Shown one piece after another: positions 38,700 through 50,031 of a stretch of DNA of 64,000 nt. Every line of letters starts with the position of its first letter. Position 1 is the first letter of the stretch. A program made the translations under genes and the position numbers. Below the pieces are notes generated by a model. The model had not been told where the DNA came from. It did no database searches and saw only the letters and a program-made list of their open reading frames with translations. The stretch comes from Macrostomum lignano (taxonomy: Eukaryota). The stretch covers positions 434,001-498,000 of the forward strand of contig NIVC01000506.1 in NCBI GenBank assembly GCA_002269645.1. Direction: 5' to 3'.

Positions 38700-39520
38700 A
38701 ATCTTCACAAACTAGAATCTTCACAAACTAGAATCTTCACAAACTAGAATCTTCACAAACTAGAATCTTCACAAACTAAAATTTTCACAAACTAGAATAT
38801 TCACGAACTAAATATTCACGAACTATAGAATATTCACAAACTGAAATCTTCACAAATTAGAATCTTCACGAACTAAATATTCACGAACTATAGAATCTTC
38901 ACAAACTAAAATCTTCACAAACTATAGAATCTTCACAAACTAGAATATTCACGAACTAAATATTCACGAACTATAGAATATTCACAAACTGAAATCTTCA
39001 CAAATTAGAATATTCACAAACTAAAATCTTCACAAACTATAGAATCTTCACAAACTAAAATCTTCACAAACTATAGAATCTTCACAAACTAGAATATTCA
39101 CGAACTAAATATTCACAAACTTGAATCTTCACAAACTAGAATATTCACGAACTAAATATTCACAAACTAGAATCTTCACAAACTAGAATATTCACGAACT
39201 AGAATCTTCACAAACTATAGAATATTCACAAACTGAAATCTTCACAAACTAGAATCTTCAACAAATTAGAATCTTCACGAACTGTAAAATCTTCACAAAC
39301 TATAGAATCTTCACAAACTAAAATCTTCACAAACTATAGAATCTTCACAAACTAAAATCTTCACAAACTATAGAATCTTCACAAACTAAAATCTTCACAA
39401 ACTATAGAATCTTCACAAACTAAAATCTTCACAAACTAAAATCTTCACAAACTAGATTATTCACGAACTAAATATTCATGAACTAGAATCTAAAAAACTA
39501 GAAACTTTGCAAACTAAAAA
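38700..39520. repeat. About 17-bp AT-rich minisatellite (AATCTTCACAAACTAGA)n
   Basis: Visible periodicity. Confidence 0.93.
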
Positions 39521-40032
39521 AATCATTCAAAAATTCAAATGTTTACAAACTTATGCGTTCAGTCTAAGACAAAGTAAAAGTAAAAGGACAAGTAAAAGAC
39601 AAAAAGCTGTAGCCGGTCTTTGAAGCTGTGAGAACATTGTGTTCAGTTCCGCATTATCAGCGTTTTCAGCCCCTCGCACTGTAAATTCTTGGCCATTGTC
39701 TTTCCAGGAACTTTGATCCACCCCCTGATGGCGTGCTCCGACTCGCATCACGCGTTGGCTAAAACTCGTGCAGCCCTAATAAATGTGTACGCTCGTATCT
39801 ATGTGCAAAATTATCTGTCGAAATGCTGTAGAATGTAACTTTGTTTTCTTTTGAAGTTCAAAACTGTGCGCGCACGTCACTCAGAGATAATTTTCGCCAC
39901 AGACAGTCTGAGTTGAATGTCATCTGTTTCAATAGAAAAGGACTTCGTTTGAATTGAATTTCCGCTAGCGCTGAGATCTCTTAAAGTGTTTAAACTGAAG
40001 CACTGCTTGTTTCTTTTGAACGAGACTGTTGA

Positions 40033-40600
40033 AGAGGGGAGGGCAGAGAGGGGATGGCAAAGAGGGGAGGGCAGAGAGGGGATGGCAAAGAGCGGAAGGC
40101 AGAGAGGGGAGGGCAGAGAGGGGATGGCAAAGAGGGGAAGGCAAAGAGGGGAGGGCAGAGAGGGGAAGGCAGAGAGGGGAGGGCTGAGAGGGGATGGCAA
40201 AGAGGGGAGGGCAGAGAGGGGATGGCAGAGAGGGGAGGGCAGAGAGGGGAGGGCAGAGAGGGGAGGCTGAGAGGGGATGGCAAAGAGGGGAGGGCAGAGA
40301 GGGATGGCAGAGAGGGGAGGGCAGAGAGGGGATGGCAAAGAGGGGAGGGCAGAGAGGGGATGGCAGAGAGGGGAGGGCAGAGAGGGGAGGGCAGAGAGGG
40401 GAGGCTGAGAGGGGATGGCAAAGAGGGGAGGGCAGAGAGGGGATGGCAGAGAGGGGAGGGCAGAGAGGGGAGGGCAGAGAGGGGAGGGCAGAGAGGGCAG
40501 GGCAGAGAGGGGAGGCTGGAGAATTGGAGGGCAGAGAGGGCAGGGCAGAGAGGGGAGGCTGGAGAATCGGAGGGCAGAGAGGGCAGGGCAGAGGGCACGG
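40033..40600. repeat. Purine-rich degenerate minisatellite (GAGGGCAGAGAGGGG)n
   Basis: Visible periodicity. Confidence 0.9.
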
Positions 40601-41257
40601 CAGTCAAGGCGGGGCAGACAAGGAAAATTCCAGTTACAAAAGAATCGGTGAAGCAGCGGGAGAGCGATGAGACCTGAAATCTGAGGCAAGAATCTTCAAT
40701 GCAGCCTGAACACACGGCTCAGGTGCGTGCGCTCCCAGCATCTGTTCGGTGCATTGCCGAAATCGCGAGTCCCTCATGACGCACTATTCAAGGGCGCAAT
40801 TACTCTGATTTTCTCAAGCCTATCTGCTCCAAATACAATGGGATCATTTGTCCTTCGGAGAGGTAGAACTCAACATTGCAATTCAGTTTTAGTTATTTAG
40901 TTGGGCTGCCATTCAGCACCACACTGACTCAGTGTGCATCACTTTGGCACGGACTCATCCTGGCCTGAAGCATTAATAACTGAATCTAGCGGCAGACTTG
41001 CTCTCGTTATTTTATTCAGCACACTAGAAGTGAACACACTGCGCACATCAGTCTAGCTCTGAACATCTGCCACCTGCTCAGTCAGTCAGTCAGTAGGAAG
41101 ACAGCTGGACCGCATTTTCCTGCAAGACAAGAAGTTCTTGGCCACCTGCGCTGCGGGGGTGCGACCTGGGCTTCAGTGCTGGGGCTGCCCGTCTCCGACA
41201 TCAACCGCATCGGCGACTGGAGGAGTGCAGCTGGTTCATTAATGACTCGGTTTGCAT

Positions 41258-41525
41258 GGTCAGTCAGTCAGTCAGTCAGTCAGTCAGTCAGTCAGTCAGT
41301 CAGTCAGTCAGTCAGTCAGTCAGTCAGTCAGTCAGTCAGTCAGTCAGTCAGTCAGTCAGTCAGTCAGTCAGTCAGTCAGTCAGTCACTCAGTCAGTCAGT
41401 CAGTCAGTCAGTCACTCAGTCACTCAGTCAGTCACTCAGTCAGTCAGTCAGTCAGTCAGTCAGTCAGTCAGTCAGTCAGTCAGTCAGTCAGTCAGTCAGT
41501 CAGTCAGGCAGTCAGTCAGTCAGTC
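41258..41525. repeat. (CAGT)n microsatellite
   Basis: Direct observation. Confidence 0.98.
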
Positions 41526-41778
41526 TTCATCGTCAGTGTAAACCGGCAGCCCCTGTCCTAATCTTAGCTCATCCGGCATAAAGAGCCGATCCTCCCTCTC
41601 ACTCACATCCACTTTCCCACCCAATCCCGCCTTCCCATAGCGAAGCCATTGGCTGAGGAGAGGAGAGCCAAGTGTGTACTATTGAGCTCATAAAACCCCC
41701 GCACTTGCCAGCGCAGGACCTGTTGCCGAGCACACAACTCGTCCAACTCGAACTTCGAATCCCTCTGACTGTCTTGCC

Positions 41779-42099
41779 ATGCTGAACGCCACGGCGAAAT
41801 CGAACAGCTGCATGGAGGCCGCTGTGGGCAACTGTAGCGCCAACGCCGAAGACATGCCCCCGATGCCGCAGTGGAACAGAGGCAGCGCTGTCCAGGTTTC
41901 CATCCTGCTGATGCTGTTCGCTCTGTCCACCCTGGGCAACCTGCGCGCCCTCTGCCTGGTGGCCTGGAAGCGGCGTCAGCATGGCTGTCGAAATCATCCG
42001 GCGGTGAACAGCCTGCTGGTGCACCTGCTGACTGCCGACCTGCTGGTTGCCGTGTTCTGCATCCTGGGAGACGCCCTGTGGCAGGCCACGGTGCAGTGG
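41779..42099 (+). CDS. First coding exon of a class A neuropeptide GPCR (corazonin/GnRH/AKH receptor-like), TM1-TM2
   Basis: N-terminal N-glycosylation sequons; TM1 ...LFALSTLGN; TM2 HLLTADLLVAVFCILGDALWQATVQW followed by the donor GTGAGC. I did not identify downstream exons in this window. Confidence 0.8.
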
Positions 42100-42294
42100 G
42101 TGAGCAGTGGGTCCTGCAGTTTAGAATATCTCAGAATGGCTGCACTGACTTCTGAAACTGCATGTACATGAATGCTCAGTGCTGTTGACACGATGCCATA
42201 GCATTTTTGTTTGATCTGCACATCTCGTAGACTGAAGTGTGTTGCTGACAGAGCGGCAGTCCACGGTGCGAAAATCACGTCGAAGAGGCTATTC

Positions 42295-42700
42295 TCGATC
42301 TTCAAAAAAGTCAACCATTCGAGACTTTCAGTGAGATGCTGCGGAACTCCTCTCTAATCCGACTTTGATCCTCTGCAGGCTCCATAAACCTTCTCCCCAT
42401 GCCGCTTCTCAGGGGTCCATTTCGACTCTTTCATCTCTAAATCCAGCCTCTCCATGTCGCCGCTTAAGAAAGGGGGTCTTTTTCCCTCTTATCTTTGCCC
42501 TGTACCAAACCTGCTCGCCAGTCCGCCACCTCAGTCAGAATTCATGGGCCTCGCTATCGGTGCCCCTACTCTTACCTCGACTCGAGGAGCTTCACGCTTC
42601 GCTCTGGGGAAAACTACGGCTGATACTGTATCTTCAGCAGCGCCACGCCCACGCATTTTTGTTGTTTTTCACCCGCTGACCGACCTACCGCACCAAGTGG
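42295..42700 (+). pseudogene. Possible highly degenerate non-LTR RT remnant
   Basis: Fragments FKKVNHSRL, QGSI and PLIFALY resemble RT motifs (FDKVNH, QG, PLLF.LY) but lie in broken frames. Confidence 0.3.
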
Positions 42701-43341
42701 TGTCACTTTTTTATCCTCTTCTAAGTGAATTCCTAAGTGAAGCCAAAGCATCTCTACCACTGAATCTCCAAAACATGTCGTTTTTAATTCATTTTCAATC
42801 ATACTTACTACTTGTGCGTGTCTGCACGCAACGTTATTTAACAGCAGAACTATACCAAGAGGGAATTCTCCCCTGACTTTCAAACAGTCGAGATATTCAA
42901 CAATCCTGACAGAAGGTCGGATTTCAATACATCTCTGCGCACCAATCAGCAGTGCGGCCTTGCCAAGCCTCCAAATTTCATCAGCACGTCGACCACGTGG
43001 GTCGTTGGTCAATGGCCTCAACCAGGCACAGCTTCTGAACATTGAACAGGCGGCACCAGGTGACTATGGAAACCCTGTTGCAACTCTCTCTATTTTCACT
43101 AATTATTGGGCGATGGGGCAAGCCTCAACTGCTGGACATCCTCAGCTAGTCTCTCAAGCATTCGGTCGTTTATTCACTGGGTGAGAGCAGCTCCGACAGA
43201 ACACATACCATCGGACCTTCGGCCTTCGTGATTTATACAAATAGCTCCCTCAAAAGGGCTGTCACCAAAGTAGAGTTACTTTTGATTATGCTTGTCGTTA
43301 TGATGATCCAAATAACATCATTTTGCTCAGTTTTTAGCGGC

Positions 43342-43692
43342 AGTAGTATTTACGATACAAAATTGCCAGCAAACCGATCTCACCATTCAAACAATTTAAC
43401 CCTTTATCAGTGTGAAATGACTTGTTTTCCCTTCATTATCGCTCGTCTTCACTTCGCTCAACTCGCTTCGCTCATCCTCGCTTCATTTCGGTCAAACAAG
43501 TCATTTCACACTTACAACGATTAATTCTCTTTGAATGGTGAGAACACGCTCTCGTCGCTCGCTTTGGTTTGCTGGCAATTTTGTATCTTACCAAACTCTT
43601 CTAATCCTTCCAACTTTCTCCAACACTTCCAATTCTCTATAACCCCCCGCACGCGCCGCAGGCGCGAAGGGTCTTTTTCTGTTACTAAAAAT
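43342..43692 (+). repeat. Left terminal inverted repeat (351 bp)
   Basis: Reverse complement of 60062-60412; no mismatch noticed by eye. Confidence 0.95.
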
Positions 43693-43702
43693 AGAACAAA
43701 AA

Positions 43703-44113
43703 ATGACACACGTTACACATATGCAAAATCTGAATGAATTGCAGGTAGGAGAGCCAATTGAATACCGAGGTGAGGGGCTTTTTGATGTGGTTGGTACAGC
43801 AGCGAATTTCGTTAAAGACAATATGGGTCTTATAGGCCAAGCAGGCTCTGCAGCAGGCTCTATAACAAATGCTGTAAAAGGAGGAATTGAAGCAGCTAGA
43901 GCGGCAGAAGAACTAAAGAAATTGAGAGATTTTAACGACACCCTCTCACAAATAAAAGCAATAAAAGATTTGAAACTAGCGCAGGAAACAACTCAAGCCG
44001 CACAACCAACAGAAACCCCCACGAAAAGCACGCCAATAAGTAATAAAGATATTCAAGATTTTAATAAAATGTTAACCACAATTAAAGGCGGAAAAGGATT
44101 AAAAAAATTTTAA
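43703..44113 (+). CDS. Polinton hypothetical protein, 136 aa (possible virion core precursor)
   Basis: Clean ORF with an A-rich start context; C-terminal IKGG-KG resembles an adenain site. Confidence 0.75.
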   Translation: MTHVTHMQNLNELQVGEPIEYRGEGLFDVVGTAANFVKDNMGLIGQAGSAAGSITNAVKGGIEAARAAEELKKLRDFNDTLSQIKAIKDLKLAQETTQAAQPTETPTKSTPISNKDIQDFNKMLTTIKGGKGLKKF

Positions 44114-44123
44114 TAATATAAAA

Positions 44124-45110
44124 ATGGACACGGATAATGAACGGCTATATTTTATAGGAGAAATTGTAGACACTTTAGATTTGGATGATAACAAACATAG
44201 CCACACAATGTTAAAAAGATTGGATCGTTTAGGTAAAAAACTTGACTACGATATCGATACATTTAAACTTGCTGCAAAATATGCACAAGAAGGAAGGCCA
44301 ATATCCTTTAAGAATCGTGGTAGAAATTATAGGCTGACAGACTCCGATGTAAAATTTTTATTGGAGACTCACACTAAAAAGGACGGCGGATTGCTACCTA
44401 TTTTACCAATTCTTTTAGGCCTCGGAGCAGCCGGAGCAGCCGGTTTAGCTGGCAAAAGAATTCATGATAACCGAAAACAGCTAGCAGAATTAAAAGCAAA
44501 ACAAGGAGGAATATTACCACTAGCAACTTTATTACCAATAATTTTTGCAGGAATAGGAGCCGCTGGTGGAATAGCAGGTGGCGCAGCTGGAATCACAAAA
44601 GCAGTAAATGATAAAAAAGCTGCGGATGAAAAAGCTAAACGAGATGCAGAATTTCAAAGACAGCAAATAACACAGGACGCACAATTCAAACAGAAACTTA
44701 TTGATACCATTAATAGTAGTTCAGCAACAGCAGAGCAAAAAAGAAATGCAGAAGCTAGGTTAGCAGCCGGAAAAGGTTTACTCTTGCAAGGAACAAATCA
44801 CGGGAATGGTTTGGTACTAAAAGGAACAACCCAAGGAAGCGGAGTTGTCGCAGATAAACTACACGAGTTTGGCCAAACTTTAGAAAAAACGGGTGAGAAA
44901 GCTAAAGGATTTTTTGACAATATTGGAGCTAATTTTAGGCCGGCAGTTCAGAAGATTTTTACTAAGTTAGGTAAAGATTTTAACATCATTGAAAAACACG
45001 ATGGAAGTGGATTATATCTCGAAATGAGACCAAAAGCAGGTTCAGGAATTTTCTTAAATTCAAACGTTATGGGCAATGGATTGCTGTTACCAAAAGCAGA
45101 TCTCGAATAG
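44124..45110 (+). CDS. Polinton protein with adenovirus pX/core-like hydrophobic GG-(I/L)LP segments, 328 aa
   Basis: KDGGLLPILPILLGLGAAG and KQGGILPLATLLPIIFAGIGAAGG resemble adenoviral pX GGILPLLIPLIAAAIGA; repeated GxG-hydrophobic motifs at the C-terminus. Confidence 0.7.
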   Translation: MDTDNERLYFIGEIVDTLDLDDNKHSHTMLKRLDRLGKKLDYDIDTFKLAAKYAQEGRPISFKNRGRNYRLTDSDVKFLLETHTKKDGGLLPILPILLGLGAAGAAGLAGKRIHDNRKQLAELKAKQGGILPLATLLPIIFAGIGAAGGIAGGAAGITKAVNDKKAADEKAKRDAEFQRQQITQDAQFKQKLIDTINSSSATAEQKRNAEARLAAGKGLLLQGTNHGNGLVLKGTTQGSGVVADKLHEFGQTLEKTGEKAKGFFDNIGANFRPAVQKIFTKLGKDFNIIEKHDGSGLYLEMRPKAGSGIFLNSNVMGNGLLLPKADLE

Positions 45111-45194
45111 GCTCCTGGGGGGTGGGTCAGGACGGCTAAAACCTAAAATTAAAAAACCAATAATTCAAATATTGTATAAATTTTATTCTATAAA

Positions 45195-48100
45195 ATGGAA
45201 CAAAGAATGACCCCAGATCAGATTCGACAACTTCTTGCAAATGAGCGCCAACAGTTCAATCGATTACAAAGACAGATTGAACAAATTGAACAGCGCCAAA
45301 GACAACAACGCCGACAAAGAGCAAGAGAAAGACAGAGAGAAAGGCAGAGAGAAAGAGAAATACAAGACCAGCAAATAAATGCATTAGCAAATAATATAAG
45401 GGCAGAATATGAAATGAAGCGATTAATAGAAAAGGCTGAATATGAAAAAAGAATAGCAGAATTAGAAAAAAACCAAAAGAAACCCACACGTCGGAAACCT
45501 CGGAATAAATCGGATGAAAAACCATTAGATGAGTTTATTAGGGTTTATCGATTTGAACCAATGCAGAATGTCCTAGATTTTATTGAAACCCAGCTTTCAA
45601 ACGGATATGCTGTTGAAATTACTAATGCGAGGGTACAATATTTTTATAATAAAACCGGAGATGATCGTGAAGAGATTAATCAATACTTAGCAACATTTTA
45701 TAATATAAGCCAATTTCAAGCTTGGTTTAAGCATTTGGTAGAAAACTACGACATGAATTTAAGTGTGTTTTCTGGAAGACTTAAAATGACACCAAACGAA
45801 ATTACACTTAAACACGAAAGGTCAAAGCAGGGTATGGGAACAAATGTCATGTGTGAAATTGCAGAGTATAAAGATGAGTACTGTTACATACCTAGTGATG
45901 GAAATTGTTTCTACAAGTGTGTTCAGTTTATTTATGGTGATAAAGCCCCATACAAAGACGAATATGGTGCTTGGTTGTTCGACTCAAGAACCCAAAGAGG
46001 TTTAATGACAAATTCAAGAATTGGAAGATTCAATGAATATTTTAATCTTAATATAGGGCTGTATAACCCCAATAATCGTGGAATTGAACCAAAGTCTCAA
46101 AGAGGGATTCACCACGACTGGTTATTAATAAATTACTTTCACACCCCCGATTATCACATTGGTCATTATTGTCTTATATCTAATAAACAACGAGGAATCG
46201 CCCTCGAACGGATAAAAGACAATTATAAAGTTGTATATAAAAACCCAACGCTCGAAAATGTTAAGGAGCTAAAAATGTTCAACACACCTACAAATCCCAA
46301 TAAATCAAATGTATACATATTTGATTTTGAAACATATTTAAATTATAATCAACAAGCATGTCCGTATGCGGTTGGTCTTTTAAACTATAACGACTTTTCT
46401 AATAAGTGTAATGAAACCCCAGAGGAAATAAAGAAACTAACTAAGATCTTGATATCAGATCGCGGTTGTGATTTTCAAACAGATGGAGACAATATTGATC
46501 GTACCGAAGGTTCGCAACCAAAGGTTGACTGTGTTAGAAAAATGTTTAAATACCTTGGTACAGTTAGGTCAAAAAAGATTGTTTTGATCGCACACAACTC
46601 ATCCCGCTTCGATTCATACATACCACTATTTTGTAATATAAAACCAATTAAAATTCTTAAAACCCCAAGAGGAATATTATCAATCACTTTTGTAAACGAT
46701 TATATGTCAAAAGAGGTTAGAGCGTTTATAAACAAAGATAAGAAGAAGAACCATAAGGATTCGAAACAAACCATTACGATGCTTTGTTCATATCAACACG
46801 CTTCAATGAGTTTAAAAAAGTTTTGCTCATCAATGACAATTAGAGAGGATTTACGTAAGGCCTCAATGGTTCACGACATTACCGAACACGACTATTTAGA
46901 GCGCATGGACGAATGGTATGAATATTTACAATTTGATCTTATTTCTTTATGCGCCTGTATTCATAAGTATAACGAAATAGCATATGAAATTGGAGGAATG
47001 ACAATGTTCGATACTCTTACCTGTTCGAGTTTAACATTAAAATGTTGGTTTAAAGATTTTGTTAGAGTTGAAGACAAAATGAAACAATACCTAAAAACAG
47101 AAGAAAAAACTATTTACATTAAAAAAGTTGAAGAAATAATATCTCCGTTGAAAATAGAGGATTATTTTGACTTAAGCAAACTTGAAAAAGCAAAATACCA
47201 AACACTATTAAGAAAAGAATTTTCAGTTCACTCTCATACCAATCCTTATATACGAAGGTTTATGCGGGACGCAGTCAAAGGAGGCAGGGTATTTGCACTA
47301 ATAAATAAATATGAAAGCGACTGTTTTCAAACAATTGTAGACGTTGTAAAAGACCATTTAAAAATACCAACAAGCGACCCATGTGAGGTTATATCAACTT
47401 ATCTCAAAAGCGATATGGAAGAAAAAAAGAAAATCGCAATTAAACTAAAAAACCAATTGGGTACCGCATCAGATTGTTTAATGAATTTTGATGGAGTTTC
47501 GTTGTACCCATCTGCCATGTCTGATAAGGATAGTGAATATCCAAGAGCAGAAACAGCAAGAGTTTTTGATATAAGCGAGGAAAAAGATTTCTTGGCACAA
47601 TTTAATTCACAAACCTTTCGACCAAAAACAGCGGTTTTAAAGATTATGTATGAGAACCCAACTAGCGTTTTTCTTCAACATCTCCCATCAAAAGATAAAG
47701 AGAAATTTTATAACCCGGAAACAAAAGCAAACGAAACAAAAACATTAAATAGGTTTAGAAATGGAAAGGTAATCGACACCTTATGTTCCGTAGACATACA
47801 AGAAATTGTAAGAATGGGTGGAAAAATATTAAAGATATATAGTGGAATTGTATATGAAAAAAATTACGATTTCTCTCCGTTTCAGAATTATATTACAAAC
47901 CTTTTTGAAATGAGAAAAGTATTTAAAAAAGAAAATAACGAGGCAGGTTCTGAATTGGTAAAAACACTATTAAATTCATTATATGGCAAAACAGTTCAAA
48001 GAGACATTACATTCACAACACATCTCTGGAATTTGAATACATTAAAAACCGAATACGACGACACAATTAAGTCATATGAGAAAATATGTGACGATTTATT

Positions 48101-48812
48101 TTATGTTGAAAAAAAGAAAGACACACAAGAATATTTAGATGAGGATGATAATCCTATAACAGGTCTTTGTCCGGCACAATTAGGAATATTTATCTTAGCT
48201 CATTCAAGAAGGATCATGAATAATTTTATCACCTCTATAGATGGTTCAAAGACTCCAGAAATTTATTACGGCGATACGGATTCGTTATATATACATAAAA
48301 AACATTGGGACACATTAAATAAAAACGGACACGTCGGAAATAACTTAAGTCAAGGAAAAAACGATTATGGAGAGGGAGGAATTATATTCGGATATTTTAT
48401 CGCTCCTAAAATTAAATATTGTCTTTTATTGAAAGACGATTTTATTATGGAAGAGAAAAAAACATTTAAAGGATGTGCAAACGATAAGATTAATTTTGCA
48501 TCGTTTAAAACTTTATATGATGGACAGTCAATAAAAGTAAATAATAATGCTCCGTGGAAACGATCGTTTGAAGGTGGTATAACAATTCCTCAAAGCGGAT
48601 CAACAATATCAAAAACATATACCTCTACGATAAACACATTTAAAAGAGAAAAACCGGATAAAAACGGAGTTATGAAACCATTCTTTAAAAACTATTTTGA
48701 TGACAAACCACAGCATGAACATTCAATTGAATATTATAACAGTTTACTATTTGACGTTGACTATAATTGTTTTGAGTTCGATATTGATGAATTAGCACTT
48801 GAAAAAAACTAA
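45195..48812 (+). CDS. pPolB: Protein-primed family B DNA polymerase, 1205 aa
   Basis: ExoI IFDFET, ExoII AHNSSRFD, ExoIII YLQFDL, Pol A FDGVSLYPSAM, Pol B KTLLNSLYGK, Pol C YGDTDS. Confidence 0.97.
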   Translation: MEQRMTPDQIRQLLANERQQFNRLQRQIEQIEQRQRQQRRQRARERQRERQREREIQDQQINALANNIRAEYEMKRLIEKAEYEKRIAELEKNQKKPTRRKPRNKSDEKPLDEFIRVYRFEPMQNVLDFIETQLSNGYAVEITNARVQYFYNKTGDDREEINQYLATFYNISQFQAWFKHLVENYDMNLSVFSGRLKMTPNEITLKHERSKQGMGTNVMCEIAEYKDEYCYIPSDGNCFYKCVQFIYGDKAPYKDEYGAWLFDSRTQRGLMTNSRIGRFNEYFNLNIGLYNPNNRGIEPKSQRGIHHDWLLINYFHTPDYHIGHYCLISNKQRGIALERIKDNYKVVYKNPTLENVKELKMFNTPTNPNKSNVYIFDFETYLNYNQQACPYAVGLLNYNDFSNKCNETPEEIKKLTKILISDRGCDFQTDGDNIDRTEGSQPKVDCVRKMFKYLGTVRSKKIVLIAHNSSRFDSYIPLFCNIKPIKILKTPRGILSITFVNDYMSKEVRAFINKDKKKNHKDSKQTITMLCSYQHASMSLKKFCSSMTIREDLRKASMVHDITEHDYLERMDEWYEYLQFDLISLCACIHKYNEIAYEIGGMTMFDTLTCSSLTLKCWFKDFVRVEDKMKQYLKTEEKTIYIKKVEEIISPLKIEDYFDLSKLEKAKYQTLLRKEFSVHSHTNPYIRRFMRDAVKGGRVFALINKYESDCFQTIVDVVKDHLKIPTSDPCEVISTYLKSDMEEKKKIAIKLKNQLGTASDCLMNFDGVSLYPSAMSDKDSEYPRAETARVFDISEEKDFLAQFNSQTFRPKTAVLKIMYENPTSVFLQHLPSKDKEKFYNPETKANETKTLNRFRNGKVIDTLCSVDIQEIVRMGGKILKIYSGIVYEKNYDFSPFQNYITNLFEMRKVFKKENNEAGSELVKTLLNSLYGKTVQRDITFTTHLWNLNTLKTEYDDTIKSYEKICDDLFYVEKKKDTQEYLDEDDNPITGLCPAQLGIFILAHSRRIMNNFITSIDGSKTPEIYYGDTDSLYIHKKHWDTLNKNGHVGNNLSQGKNDYGEGGIIFGYFIAPKIKYCLLLKDDFIMEEKKTFKGCANDKINFASFKTLYDGQSIKVNNNAPWKRSFEGGITIPQSGSTISKTYTSTINTFKREKPDKNGVMKPFFKNYFDDKPQHEHSIEYYNSLLFDVDYNCFEFDIDELALEKN

Positions 48813-49145
48813 AGCATGTAATTGTTTAAGCATAATATCCATTTCAATTTCATATTTTATTGAGCACCAATTGTCCTCACAGTCGGTGGGGTAACTTAAA
48901 CATTCTTTTACTTTTTTCCTAAGTATTTTTATTCGTCTAACCAATCTATCTATTTCAATTTCAATTACTGTTTCAGCATAAACAATTGCAGATTTAATAA
49001 AACGTTTTCTTTTATCTATCTCATATCGGATGGGAAACATATCGTCCCCAAACTCATGATATTTATGAGATATAATTATATTTAATTTTTTATTAATATC
49101 ATTAAGTTCGCGCTCATTAGTGATAAGGATTTTTATTGTCTCCAT
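48792..49145 (-). CDS. Polinton hypothetical protein, 117 aa
   Basis: ORF with TAAGAAAATG context in a tightly packed gene array. Confidence 0.65.
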   Translation of the reverse strand: METIKILITNERELNDINKKLNIIISHKYHEFGDDMFPIRYEIDKRKRFIKSAIVYAETVIEIEIDRLVRRIKILRKKVKECLSYPTDCEDNWCSIKYEIEMDIMLKQLHALVFFKC

Positions 49146-49160
49146 TTTCTTATAAAAAAT

Positions 49161-49529
49161 TTAGTCTTCGTCGTCATCCTCCCAAACAGCCGCCAATTTT
49201 ACAGTCCTATCACTCTTTTTATTATTTGTTTGTTTTAGTTTAAATTGTAACCCACCCTCCATACTGTATTTCATAACAAACGCTTTAGGTTTATTAATAA
49301 CTAAAACTGGAAAATTTTTAACATCATTCCCACTTAGACATAGTATTGTTTGCCCATCTAATTGTAAAAATATCGATTGAAGTCCAATAAATTTAACCTG
49401 TCTCAAACATACAATATTATATTCTTTATTCTCCAACATATTGGGTGTGAGATAATTAATCACATTAGAATCGGTTTTGAACCAGCTCTCCATTTTTAAT
49501 CTAAAAAAATAACAAAAAATGAAAGACAT
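49161..49529 (-). CDS. Polinton hypothetical protein (likely start at MESWFK, about 110 aa)
   Basis: ORF; the internal ATG has the TAAAAATG context shared by the other genes. Confidence 0.65.
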   Translation of the reverse strand: MSFIFCYFFRLKMESWFKTDSNVINYLTPNMLENKEYNIVCLRQVKFIGLQSIFLQLDGQTILCLSGNDVKNFPVLVINKPKAFVMKYSMEGGLQFKLKQTNNKKSDRTVKLAAVWEDDDED

Positions 49530-50031
49530 TTATGAATGTAAAAAATGTAATGTGACTATGCATAGAGCTCAAACAGCAAACGGAGATATATATCATATGT
49601 GCTATTCATGTTCTAAAATATATCAATTTGAAAAAACAAAAAAGATTGAAAACTCATATTACTATTTTAAAAACACAATTTTAAGAAATCTTACAATGGA
49701 CATTTCTCATCCAATTTTAATTCCAGGAAATAATGTTTATTTATATAACAACTTTTTCCATTTAAATAAAGGAAAGGGATTAAGTTCGAAAGACTCTGAA
49801 AGGATTTTAATTTTAGTTGGATATTATTTCAATTTTCTTATACGAGAGAATACAAAGTTTATAAGGATAGGTAACATACCTAACGAAATGTTATTGAAAA
49901 AGTCATTGGAATTTTTATGTATTGATAAAAAATTTAAACCTAGGATCAGAAGAGAGTTACCACTTTGGGAAGAATATATAACTTATGCCTTAGAAAAATT
50001 AAACAACATTAAGTTCTACAGCACTACCTGA
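49519..50031 (+). CDS. Zn-ribbon protein (CxxC...CxxC), 170 aa
   Basis: CKKC...CYSC at the N-terminus. Confidence 0.65.
   Translation: MKDIYECKKCNVTMHRAQTANGDIYHMCYSCSKIYQFEKTKKIENSYYYFKNTILRNLTMDISHPILIPGNNVYLYNNFFHLNKGKGLSSKDSERILILVGYYFNFLIRENTKFIRIGNIPNEMLLKKSLEFLCIDKKFKPRIRRELPLWEEYITYALEKLNNIKFYSTT

Noticed and set aside
43521-43737. ORFs within the TIRs (also 60035-60427)
   Set aside because: They appear twice only because of the TIR and overlap hairpin-forming non-coding sequence.
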